The translations under genes and the position numbers were made by a program. A stretch of DNA of 64,000 nucleotides. Origin: Candidatus Magasanikiibacteriota bacterium. Its GTDB lineage: Bacteria > Patescibacteriota > Patescibacteriia > Magasanikbacterales > GWA2-37-8. Below, one piece after another: positions 37,233 to 45,678 of this stretch (position 1 is the stretch's first letter; each line of letters starts with the position of its first letter). Below the pieces are notes generated by a model. That model was not told where the DNA came from, did not search any database, and saw only the letters and a program-made list of their open reading frames with translations. The DNA lies in contig JBAYNU010000003.1 in assembly GCA_041678665.1 (NCBI GenBank), positions 12,008 through 76,007 on the forward strand, given 5' to 3'.

Positions 37233-39335
37233 ATGAAAATGAATATGAAACAAAAAAATATTACCATTATTGAAGAACCAAACGTGATAGATGACCATTT
37301 ATTAGATATTATCGGCAACGAATTTAAGTTCGACCACGAAAAAGGAATTGCAGAGTGGATAAAAAATTCAAAAGACGCATATACAAGGTCCGACTTGCCG
37401 GATTCAGAACAAAACATAATATTACGCTTTGTAGACGGAAAACAAGACGACGCTGCTTTTGAATGTATTGATTTTGTTGGTATGAGTGATACGGATATTG
37501 ATAAAGCATTTAAGAGATGGGGTGACCCGGAAGCTGCAAAACGTGGTTTGAAAAAGAGAGTATATGGCGGTCACGGAAATGGCGGAAAATTTTATATGCG
37601 CCAGATGTTTGAGAAATCTCATTTTGTAACCTATAAAGACGGCAAGATCAACATTTTTGGTTTTAATGAAAACCGTAAATACGGTTTCGCTGACGGTTTT
37701 AAGAATAAGAAAGCCAACCCCAAAGAAGCATTTTCTATTGCTAATATCGAAGACTTAAATTTTCCCAAGGGAGTCAAAGAACAGATTGTGGAAGGTAAGA
37801 TTGGTTTTACCGTGGTTAGAGGAATCGGTCCGTCAAAAATGAAAAATAATATTAAATTTGATAAGTTGGTTGAAAAATTAAAAAATCATCCGCAGGCGCG
37901 TCGCATATTAATTCGAATTAGTGTATGGGCCAGCCACAATAATTTTTCTGACGCTACACTTCTTAAACCCGACGACATTAAACCGCTTCCAAATTTTGAA
38001 AAGCCGTATTTTGTTGAAATACCGTCGGTTATTGAGATAATTGAAAGCGGAGAGAAAAATTCGGTAGAAATGGCAAATGCAAAATATCAAGTTGGAAATT
38101 TGGTGTTAAAAACTTCCGAAGAGGCATTCGGTAAGGGCAGCCGGGTAGCCGATCTGAACAGGGTTGATATAATAGGTGAGGTAGGAGTTATAGCTTCATA
38201 TCAATTTTTTGAATTGGGGGTGACCGCATTCCCGCAAGCTTCATTTATTTATGGTGAATGTGAGTGTCCGATATTGGAAGATTCTGAAATGGACGCCGTA
38301 AAGAACGATCGCTCAAAACTTGTAGAAAATAATGTGCGTGCGGTTGCTCTCTTGGGTTGGTTGAGGGAGCAAGTTGATAAATACGCAAACTCAATTGCCG
38401 CATTGGAGAAAAAAGAACAAGAGGTTCAACGAAGACAAATATCGGCTGCTTATAATGATTTTTTGAATAAATGGAAAGATAGGTTTATGTCCAAATTTAT
38501 GGGAGATTTATTCAAAAGCGGCGGTGGTGCTGGCGGCGGAAATAACGATGAGGGAGGGGTTAAGAGAAAAATATTAGAATTACCCAAGGATGGTTTTGCT
38601 TTTAGTTATCCCTATGCTGAAATACAAAATAGCCTTGAAGAGAGGATCACGTTAAAAGCGTCCGTCCCTAATCCAATTCCGCTCGGAAGTATTATAAAAA
38701 TAGAGGCGTCTTCAAATAATATCATCGTTAGTGAACAAAAAATTACAATAAAAGCGGAAAATATAAAAACAACGCCGTCCGGAGACACGGTTGCAGTTAT
38801 AAACTTTATTGTTATTGGTAAAAAAGTTGGAGAAGAGGCGCAACTTATCGCTACCGTCGGTAAATTAAGCACCGAAATGACCGTTAAAACCATTGAAGCT
38901 ACGGGGAAAGATAAAGGTAAGAACCCTAAAACTCCGCAAGTTTTGCTCTCGGGAATACACCCGGATCCATTAATGATAAATCCCGGGGAACAATCGGTTA
39001 TATTGTCCGAACGTGATCCGTTAGTTTACCAACGGTATCAGGATGTGCAAGAAGGGATTTATTGGATCAATACGCAAAGTCCTTTGGCCAAGGCGATACT
39101 TGATAGATATACTGATAATTCAATAAGATGGCGGGATTATCTTTTTCAAAGATATGTTGACATTTTTGTCAAACAAATGCTGCACGAATTGCAAAAAAGA
39201 GATTCGGAAAATTTTCGAGCAGATAGGGTCGACAGCGAACTGGATGAATTAACAAGAAAAGTCCATTTTGCGGCCATTAACGACCTCAACCAATTTTTCT
39301 TTGAGGAAGACTTTACGCCGGTCGAAAAATTATGA
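37233..39335 (+). CDS. GHKL-type (histidine kinase/HSP90/MORC-like) ATPase domain protein
   Basis: N-box E-W-I-K-N-S-K-D-A, G1 I-D-F-V-G-M-S, G2 G-G-H-G-N-G-G-K within first 130 aa; 700 aa total; remainder unassigned. Confidence 0.55.
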   Translation: MKMNMKQKNITIIEEPNVIDDHLLDIIGNEFKFDHEKGIAEWIKNSKDAYTRSDLPDSEQNIILRFVDGKQDDAAFECIDFVGMSDTDIDKAFKRWGDPEAAKRGLKKRVYGGHGNGGKFYMRQMFEKSHFVTYKDGKINIFGFNENRKYGFADGFKNKKANPKEAFSIANIEDLNFPKGVKEQIVEGKIGFTVVRGIGPSKMKNNIKFDKLVEKLKNHPQARRILIRISVWASHNNFSDATLLKPDDIKPLPNFEKPYFVEIPSVIEIIESGEKNSVEMANAKYQVGNLVLKTSEEAFGKGSRVADLNRVDIIGEVGVIASYQFFELGVTAFPQASFIYGECECPILEDSEMDAVKNDRSKLVENNVRAVALLGWLREQVDKYANSIAALEKKEQEVQRRQISAAYNDFLNKWKDRFMSKFMGDLFKSGGGAGGGNNDEGGVKRKILELPKDGFAFSYPYAEIQNSLEERITLKASVPNPIPLGSIIKIEASSNNIIVSEQKITIKAENIKTTPSGDTVAVINFIVIGKKVGEEAQLIATVGKLSTEMTVKTIEATGKDKGKNPKTPQVLLSGIHPDPLMINPGEQSVILSERDPLVYQRYQDVQEGIYWINTQSPLAKAILDRYTDNSIRWRDYLFQRYVDIFVKQMLHELQKRDSENFRADRVDSELDELTRKVHFAAINDLNQFFFEEDFTPVEKL

Positions 39336-40423
39336 ATTTTGAAGGAAACATAATAAACATCGTCTGTGAAAATTACGGGGTTAACAAAGAGGCCGTTTTT
39401 GCACAGGACAGGCAACAAAACATTGCGGAAGTCAGGATGGTTCTTGCCTATTGTTTAAGGTTGGTTGAAAATTTATCTTTTCCGGCAATAGGAAAAATTA
39501 TCGGTAATAGGGATCACACCACGATGATGCACTCTTGTAGTAGGATTGCCAAAAAAATTGAACAAGACAAAAAATTTGCCGTCAGAATCAAATTAATTAT
39601 CGATAAGATTTTGGCTAATAGATATAATGAGGTAGCCAAACCAAAAGTTAATCCGATAGAAATTAATATTGGTGAAGATGAAGAAGAGTCAGAACCAGAA
39701 CCAGATTTGAATTATTATGTGGTGCCTTATGAAAATGAAAAGTTAGAATTATCAGATAGAGAAAGGGGTATTTTAATACGATATCGAAACGGCGAAACTC
39801 TGAGAAAAATAGGTCAAACGGAAAAAGTCACGACACAGCGTATTAGCCAAATAATCATCAAAGCGGTTACCAAGGAAGTTAAAGCAAAAATAAGGGAGGG
39901 ATTTGATATTGATATTGAAGAATCTATAAAAGGCGAAAAAATTGCTCATAATTTTAATTTATCTAAAAAAATATCTGACGAAGATGTTAGAAAACTTACC
40001 CCGGAATTTATATTAAGAGTTGGCAGCGGCACCCAAATAAAAGCCTTGGCAAAAGAAGTCGGACTGTCGGTATCAAAATTTAATAAATTCTTCCCCGAAG
40101 TGTTAGAAGAAGCCGATAATAAAAAAAGACGAGAAAAACAACGATGGACAAAATATTATATTAGTTGTAGGGGGTGCGGAACCACCAAAATACCACACGT
40201 AAAAAAAGGGTATTGTGAGCAATGCCTTGGTGTTTTTCGCGGGAAGAGAAGAGATTCGGTATTGAAGAATAAAAATAAATGCGAAGTATGTAGTATTGAA
40301 CGCGGGAAAGCGATACAAAAGTATAAGAAAGATTTCTATATTACTAAGGACGGACGGGTATTGTGTCGCAATTGTTTTTTACAATTAACCGGCGATAAGC
40401 TTGCGTCAAGCAGGTGGAAATAA
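39332..40423 (+). CDS. DnaA C-terminal (domain IV)-like DNA-binding protein with sigma-70 region-4-like HTH and C-terminal zinc ribbons
   Basis: N-terminal matches DnaA domain IV (L-x-x-x-S-F-P-A-I-G-K-I-I-G-N-R-D-H-T-T-M-M-H-S-C-S-R-I); E-T-L-R-K-I-G-Q-T-E-K-V-T-T-Q-R-I-S-Q-I HTH; C-R-G-C-G ... C-E-Q-C ... C-E-V-C ... C-R-N-C; start overlaps upstream stop (ATGA). Confidence 0.55.
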   Translation: MNFEGNIINIVCENYGVNKEAVFAQDRQQNIAEVRMVLAYCLRLVENLSFPAIGKIIGNRDHTTMMHSCSRIAKKIEQDKKFAVRIKLIIDKILANRYNEVAKPKVNPIEINIGEDEEESEPEPDLNYYVVPYENEKLELSDRERGILIRYRNGETLRKIGQTEKVTTQRISQIIIKAVTKEVKAKIREGFDIDIEESIKGEKIAHNFNLSKKISDEDVRKLTPEFILRVGSGTQIKALAKEVGLSVSKFNKFFPEVLEEADNKKRREKQRWTKYYISCRGCGTTKIPHVKKGYCEQCLGVFRGKRRDSVLKNKNKCEVCSIERGKAIQKYKKDFYITKDGRVLCRNCFLQLTGDKLASSRWK

Positions 40424-40434
40424 ATCGAAATAAA

Positions 40435-41394
40435 TTAATGATTTGCCCCTGTTTCAAGTATTTTACGCACTTTCTTAGCGACTGCCGCAGCCACATTTAC
40501 GGTTACGGCATTACCCAATTGCTGATACGCTCTGGTTATAGAAACAGGCCACTTGTATTTTTCAGGAAACCCTTGTAACCGCGCACATTCCTTAACCGTC
40601 ATTCTTCTAATCCCAAATTTATTTTTCTTAACCGGCCTGTCTTTTATTAAGTTCCTTTCACGGCCCATATTCCCCGCTACCAATGTATTAGAGATGCCAC
40701 CAACATCCAAGATTTGACATCCAAATCCGCTGCCTTTTTTCTCGTGCCGTTTTTTGTGTTTAAGTAAACCCTTGTAGTATTTTTGTGACAGATAATAGAA
40801 TTCATCAATGTCTTTTTCTAAGATGTCAGAAAGAGCAACCGGTTTACAATGGGGTTTAGGGAATTCAAAATCTATACTGTGATCCAAAAAACCAACTATA
40901 TATAGCCGTTCTCTGTGCTGCGGAACGCCAAAGTTTTTCGAATCTAATACGGCTTCTTTTACGCGATACCCGGCCCACTCCAAGTTTTGTTTTAGTCGTT
41001 CATATACCTTGCCCTTGTCATAAAGGCGAAGGTGTTTAACATTTTCTAAAACAAAAGCCCGCGGTTGTTTTGCGGCCAAAATTCGGATGATATGAAAAAA
41101 CGCTTTGGCGCGATCATCGTTAAGCCCTTTTCGTTTCCCTATCATTGAAAATGGCTGGCAGGGAAAGCCGCCCAATAAAATATCAAAATCTGGTATAATA
41201 TCGGTATTGATATTCTTTATGTCATTTTGATCAATGTCACCAAAATTAGCCCTGTATGTCTTACAAGCGTTCGGATCCAAGTCGTTTGAGTAAACAACCT
41301 GAAATCCAGCCTTTTCAAATCCCATCCTCATACCCCCGATTCCGGCGAATAGATCAATGACTTTGAATTTGTTTTTTTTGTTATTTTTCCCCAT
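40435..41394 (-). CDS. DNA (cytosine-5)-methyltransferase
   Basis: Motif I F-A-G-I-G-G, motif IV G-F-P-C-Q-P-F-S, motif VI E-N-V-K-H-L. Confidence 0.8.
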   Translation of the reverse strand: MGKNNKKNKFKVIDLFAGIGGMRMGFEKAGFQVVYSNDLDPNACKTYRANFGDIDQNDIKNINTDIIPDFDILLGGFPCQPFSMIGKRKGLNDDRAKAFFHIIRILAAKQPRAFVLENVKHLRLYDKGKVYERLKQNLEWAGYRVKEAVLDSKNFGVPQHRERLYIVGFLDHSIDFEFPKPHCKPVALSDILEKDIDEFYYLSQKYYKGLLKHKKRHEKKGSGFGCQILDVGGISNTLVAGNMGRERNLIKDRPVKKNKFGIRRMTVKECARLQGFPEKYKWPVSITRAYQQLGNAVTVNVAAAVAKKVRKILETGANH

Positions 41395-41442
41395 AAAACC
41401 TGTTGAACAGTTTGATTATATCATAGATTGTAATTTTAGTAT

Positions 41443-42066
41443 ATGCGTAAATTTGGCCTTCACGATAACCTAACGGATAAAGAAAAGCGGCTTATTAGGA
41501 CGCTGAGACGGCAAGTATTGTCTTGGGCTAAGTCCCAAGATGTATTTTATTATTGGCGAAAAAAGCCGACCGCATACTCAATATTAATGGCCGAGTTGCT
41601 ATTACAAAGGACAAGGGCTCAACAAGCGGAAAAGCAGTTTATTATTTATATGAAAAAATATCCAACCTTTTCAAAATTACAAAAGGCAAAGAAAAGTGGT
41701 TTGTCTAAAATATTTCGACCGTTAGGTTTAGAAAAACGAGTAAATACAGTCACTACCCTCGTTAAAGTGATAAATAAAAATTATAACGGCGATATACCCA
41801 AAAAATATGAAGACTTGATGAAACTACCCGGAGTCGGTGATTATATAGCAAATGCCGTAATGATTTTTGCTCTTAATCGCCCCGGGTGGTTGGTAGATGT
41901 AAATATTATAAAGGTGTTTTCGGATTTGTTCGGGTTGAATATTAGCCGTGAGGAGGGTAAAAAATCAAAATTTATTAAAGAATGTTCTAAATATTTTACA
42001 TCGCTCGGCAATCCGCGTAAATCAAATTGGAATTTATTGGATTATGCGATGAAGAATGGGGGATAA
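41443..42066 (+). CDS. HhH-GPD family DNA glycosylase (EndoIII/MutY/Mig-like, short form)
   Basis: L-P-G-V-G-D-Y-I-A-N-A-V helix-hairpin-helix followed by V-D-V-N-I-I-K-V catalytic-Asp region; no C-terminal 4-Cys cluster. Confidence 0.6.
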   Translation: MRKFGLHDNLTDKEKRLIRTLRRQVLSWAKSQDVFYYWRKKPTAYSILMAELLLQRTRAQQAEKQFIIYMKKYPTFSKLQKAKKSGLSKIFRPLGLEKRVNTVTTLVKVINKNYNGDIPKKYEDLMKLPGVGDYIANAVMIFALNRPGWLVDVNIIKVFSDLFGLNISREEGKKSKFIKECSKYFTSLGNPRKSNWNLLDYAMKNGG

Positions 42067-42206
42067 TATTCGTTGGGGTTCTAACCGGTTTTTTCCAACA
42101 GGCCAAATAACCAAATAACAACATAAAAGGCCCGAAATTGATTTTCAGGCCTTTTACCCAAATAACCCCTGCGGGGTCAAACAAATATTATTAACTAAAC
42201 GGTAAA

Positions 42207-42235
42207 TTGACTTTCGGTCAGTTTCGGAATATAGT
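42207..42235 (+). promoter_or_regulatory. sigma70-like promoter upstream of tRNA-Thr
   Basis: TTGACT - 17 nt - TATAGT. Confidence 0.4.
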
Positions 42236-42366
42236 AAACCAAGCCGTTATACTGCTCGATTTCGGTTCTAACGCGCTTCACAAAGCAGCTCATTGTAAGA
42301 GACCCAATTTTGATGAGGATTTTACTAAATTTAGGTTATTTGTTTCTGCCGTAGATTTTAACTAAT

Positions 42367-42439
42367 GCCATCTTAGCTCAGTTGGTAGAGCGGCACATTC
42401 GTAACGTGCAGGTCTCGGGTTCGATCCCCGAAGATGGCT
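42367..42439 (+). tRNA. tRNA-Thr (anticodon CGU)
   Basis: Acceptor GCCATCT/AGATGGC, D-loop AGTTGGTA, anticodon loop TTCGTAA, T-loop TTCGATC. Confidence 0.7.
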
Positions 42440-42504
42440 CAAAGAAATATCGAGGGTAGTAAGCAGGAAAGGGTGGAAACAATTGTTTTCACTTACTGAG
42501 GAAA

Positions 42505-42575
42505 GCTCACGAAAACCCGAAGGTTTTCGTGAGGACCCCGACTTTACGTCGGGACGAGTGAGATCCCCGAAGAAG
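42505..42575. repeat. GC-rich hairpin repeat (copy H)
   Basis: CTCACGAAAACC-cgaa-GGTTTTCGTGAG and CCCGAC-tttac-GTCGGG hairpins. Confidence 0.55.
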
Positions 42576-42746
42576 GTTCAATTTGTTCATCCACAGGAGT
42601 TCTGTTGTTAAGGGTATTTTTATGTTATAATAGAATTGTAAATCTGATACCCTAACGAATCTCGACTATATTCGTATAAATTCGTGTTATAAATTTCCTA
42701 CCTATCGTCTGCCTGTTCAGTAGGCGGGGTAGGCAGGCGTGGTCCT

Positions 42747-43427
42747 ATGATTAAATTACAAAATATTACCAAAATTTATTCGACCGGCACTATTGCTTTA
42801 CGCAATCTTAACCTTCATGTGAAGCCGGGAGAGTTTATTTCTATCATCGGACAAAGCGGTAGCGGTAAAACCACTCTGGTTAAATTAATGATTGCCGAAG
42901 AACGGCCTAATAAAGGGCAGATCGAAATTGGAGAATGGGACATAACCAAGATTGGTTCCAATGAAGTTCCTTTTTTGCGGCGGCAAATCGGAGTAATATT
43001 TCAAGATTATAAACTTTTACCCAGAAAGACAGTAATGGAAAATGTGTCATTTGCTTTGGAGGTGGCCGGCGAGTCATCTGCTCATATCCAAAAAGTTGTT
43101 CCTCAAGTTTTGGAGATAGTCGGTTTACACAAAAAATCATCTCATTATCCCATGCAATTATCCGGTGGCGAACAACAGCGCGTCGCTATTGCTCGTTCTT
43201 TGGTACATCGGCCAAAAATTATTGTAGCAGATGAGCCTACTGGAAATTTGGACGCTATTAATACCGAAGAAATTATTGAAATTTTAAAAAAGATTAATGA
43301 GGTTGGCACTACAATTCTACTTTTTACCCATAACCGCGAAATTGTTAATCGTTTGCGTCGTCGAGTAATTACTTTGCACAATGGCGAATTAATTATGGAT
43401 CAAGCGGAAGGGAAGTATGTTTTGTAG
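42747..43427 (+). CDS. ftsE: cell division ATP-binding protein FtsE
   Basis: Walker A G-Q-S-G-S-G-K-T-T, signature L-S-G-G-E-Q-Q-R, 226 aa, followed by ftsX. Confidence 0.8.
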   Translation: MIKLQNITKIYSTGTIALRNLNLHVKPGEFISIIGQSGSGKTTLVKLMIAEERPNKGQIEIGEWDITKIGSNEVPFLRRQIGVIFQDYKLLPRKTVMENVSFALEVAGESSAHIQKVVPQVLEIVGLHKKSSHYPMQLSGGEQQRVAIARSLVHRPKIIVADEPTGNLDAINTEEIIEILKKINEVGTTILLFTHNREIVNRLRRRVITLHNGELIMDQAEGKYVL

Positions 43428-43481
43428 CTAATAGCTTTTAGGTTTCTAACAGCTATTAGCTAACAGCTATAAGCTAATACT

Positions 43482-44390
43482 ATGTTATCACTTTGGCGTA
43501 TTATAAAATTTGCTTTTCAAGACATGATTCGCAATATCGGTCTATCTTTTATGACCGTTTTTATTTTGGTGCTCATGTTGTTATCGGTGAATGTACTTTT
43601 GGTAGTAGATACTTTGACCAAAGAGGCGGTGCGCATGGTAAAAGATCAAGTTAATGTTAGTTTGTATTTTGCGCCCGATGCCGGCGATAAAGATATTGCC
43701 GCGATTAGCCAGTACATTAATGAATTTCCCGAAGTAGTGACAGTTGCGCTTTTAAGCCGAGACGAAGTATTATCTTCGTTTAAAGAGCGCCATCAAAATA
43801 ATTCAGAAGTTGAACAGGCATTAGATGAGTTAGGCAACAATCCCTTTGGCCCTACGATGATTATAAAAACTAAAGAGCCGGGTGACTATAAAAAAATATT
43901 TACTGCTTTGGATGTCCCGGAGTATGCCAGTTTAATTGAAGCCAAGAGCTTTGATGGCAACGAAGATGCTATTAATCGCATTCAGAACATCACCAATCGT
44001 ATTGAGCGGGTTGGTTTTGGTTTATCGGTGTTATTTGCCATTATTGCTTTTCTTATTATTTTTAATACGGTTCGCGTGGCTATTAATACTCAGCGTATCG
44101 AAATTGGCATTAAGCGCTTGGTTGGTGCCAGCAATTGGTTCATTCGCGGACCTTATTTGGTAGAGTCACTAGTATTTACCATTATTTCCGTAGGGGTTAC
44201 TATTATTTTGGTATACATTGGGTTGCGCTGGCTCGATCCTTATTTAGCCGTGGTTTTTCCTGCCAGCTTCTCCTTGACAAATTTTTATAATTCGCATATT
44301 CTGTATGTGTTTGGTACTCAGATTCTGTCGGTTTTGCTTTTAACCATTTTATCTAGTGTTTTGGCAATGAGAAGACAGCTTAAGGTCTGA
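43482..44390 (+). CDS. ftsX: cell division permease-like protein FtsX
   Basis: 302 aa, 1 N-terminal TM + periplasmic domain + 3 C-terminal TM, downstream of ftsE. Confidence 0.75.
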   Translation: MLSLWRIIKFAFQDMIRNIGLSFMTVFILVLMLLSVNVLLVVDTLTKEAVRMVKDQVNVSLYFAPDAGDKDIAAISQYINEFPEVVTVALLSRDEVLSSFKERHQNNSEVEQALDELGNNPFGPTMIIKTKEPGDYKKIFTALDVPEYASLIEAKSFDGNEDAINRIQNITNRIERVGFGLSVLFAIIAFLIIFNTVRVAINTQRIEIGIKRLVGASNWFIRGPYLVESLVFTIISVGVTIILVYIGLRWLDPYLAVVFPASFSLTNFYNSHILYVFGTQILSVLLLTILSSVLAMRRQLKV

Positions 44391-44407
44391 TTAAAAATTT
44401 ACTATTC

Positions 44408-44438
44408 AAAAACGGTCGGCTAGGCCAGCCGTTTTTTA
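44408..44438 (+). terminator. terminator after ftsX
   Basis: CGGCTAGGCCAGCCG hairpin followed by TTTTTT. Confidence 0.55.
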
Positions 44439-44441
44439 GAC

Positions 44442-44512
44442 TCCGGGGTCGTCCAACGGCAAGACAGTGGCCTTTGAAGCCATTTATCCTGGTTCGAATC
44501 CAGGCCCCGGAA
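44442..44512 (+). tRNA. tRNA-Gln (anticodon UUG)
   Basis: Acceptor TCCGGGG/CCCCGGA, anticodon loop CTTTGAA, T-loop TTCGAAT; aligns with canonical bacterial tRNA-Gln architecture. Confidence 0.7.
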
Positions 44513-44526
44513 CAGCTAAAATAAAA

Positions 44527-44556
44527 GAAGCGGGCCCATTTGGGTCCGCTTTTGTT
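44527..44556. terminator. bidirectional hairpin terminator
   Basis: GCGGGCCCA-tt-TGGGTCCGC followed by TTTTGTTT. Confidence 0.55.
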
Positions 44557-44577
44557 TATGTTTGGTCCTGCGCCTTT

Positions 44578-44790
44578 CTATGCGGCTACGGAACGTTGAG
44601 GAACCAACTTTGCGTATAAATAAGGTCTTTCTTCGTAAACCAACTGAAGAAGACTTCGTTTAACGCTTTTTGACCAGATATCCAACCCGACCATTTTTCG
44701 AACGGTGGAATCGGAGAATCTTTTGTCGGTGATAGTCTTTTTTGCCCGGACTAATTTTGATCCAGGATACGAATTTTCAACGTGAATCAT
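44578..44790 (-). CDS. hypothetical small basic protein
   Basis: 70 aa, no motif recognised. Confidence 0.3.
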   Translation of the reverse strand: MIHVENSYPGSKLVRAKKTITDKRFSDSTVRKMVGLDIWSKSVKRSLLQLVYEERPYLYAKLVPQRSVAA

Positions 44791-44886
44791 CTTAAAATCC
44801 TTTCAGTCAAAGTTTATGATATGAAGTGAGCCATTATGGCTCTGATTTGGTAAAAGAGCTTATCAATATAGCACATTTTACCAAAT

Positions 44887-44915
44887 TTGTCAAGGGGTGT
44901 AAAATAGTGTAAAAT
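44887..44915 (+). promoter_or_regulatory. sigma70-like promoter upstream of FkbM-family gene
   Basis: TTGTCA - 17 nt - TAAAAT, 8 nt before ATG. Confidence 0.45.
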
Positions 44916-44922
44916 ATACCCT

Positions 44923-45657
44923 ATGGAAAACATTATTTTGAAATTTGAAAAGTCTGAATTTAAATTATCTCTGCGCGGCGAGGCTGATACCAGTGTAATG
45001 CGGGAGATTTTTAAATTACGTGAATATCGTAGAGCGGAAGAGGTAATCAAACAAGCCCAAGATCCGATTTTGGATGTTGGCGCTCATGCTGGCTTTTTTA
45101 GTTTATATTGTCGGGCGCTTAATCCTGTCGTTAAAATTTTAGGATTAGAGCCGGAAAAAAATAATTTAGAGTTTTTTGCTAAGCATTTAAAAAATAATAA
45201 AATTAAAGATGTAGCTATAATTGCCGGGGCTTTGGCTGGTAAAACAGGGGAGAGGGTATTAAAGATTTCTAGTGACAGCCACAATCACCGGCTAAATGAT
45301 AATCGGTTGCCGGAGGTATTTTTGTCAAAAGCCGGCTATCGGGATGAAACCGAAGTGAAAGTGAGAGTGTTTTCATTGTTCGATTTGTGTCGTTTACATA
45401 AAATTAAAAAATTGTCTTTAATTAAAATGGATATTGAAGGTGGAGAATTTGAAGTGTTTGAAAGTTTGATGTCAGAAGATTATTTGCTTTTTCAAAGTAT
45501 AATTTTAGAGTACCACAATAATATCGATCATTATCAAATAATAGAAAATAAATTGCGTGTTAATGGTTTTGGAGTGCAGGTATTTCCTTCCAAATTTGAT
45601 AAAACTATGGGGTTTATTTTTGCTTCTAATAAAAGAGGGGCAAGTATTAGCACTTAA
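44923..45657 (+). CDS. FkbM-family SAM-dependent methyltransferase
   Basis: I-L-D-V-G-A-H-A-G-F-F-S motif and overall Methyltransf_21-like pattern. Confidence 0.6.
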   Translation: MENIILKFEKSEFKLSLRGEADTSVMREIFKLREYRRAEEVIKQAQDPILDVGAHAGFFSLYCRALNPVVKILGLEPEKNNLEFFAKHLKNNKIKDVAIIAGALAGKTGERVLKISSDSHNHRLNDNRLPEVFLSKAGYRDETEVKVRVFSLFDLCRLHKIKKLSLIKMDIEGGEFEVFESLMSEDYLLFQSIILEYHNNIDHYQIIENKLRVNGFGVQVFPSKFDKTMGFIFASNKRGASIST

Positions 45658-45678
45658 ATAATTGCAGCTATTTTTTAT

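Larger units (their letters stand above)
26714..42100. mobile_element. integrative element / genomic island 1 (phage-satellite- or PICI-like layout)
   Basis: Large serine recombinase overlapping tRNA-Gly 3' end, putative small regulator, prim-pol/SF3 replicase, then accessory genes (two C5-MTases, ParB-like nuclease, GHKL ATPase operon, HhH-GPD glycosylase); right boundary approximate. Confidence 0.6.
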
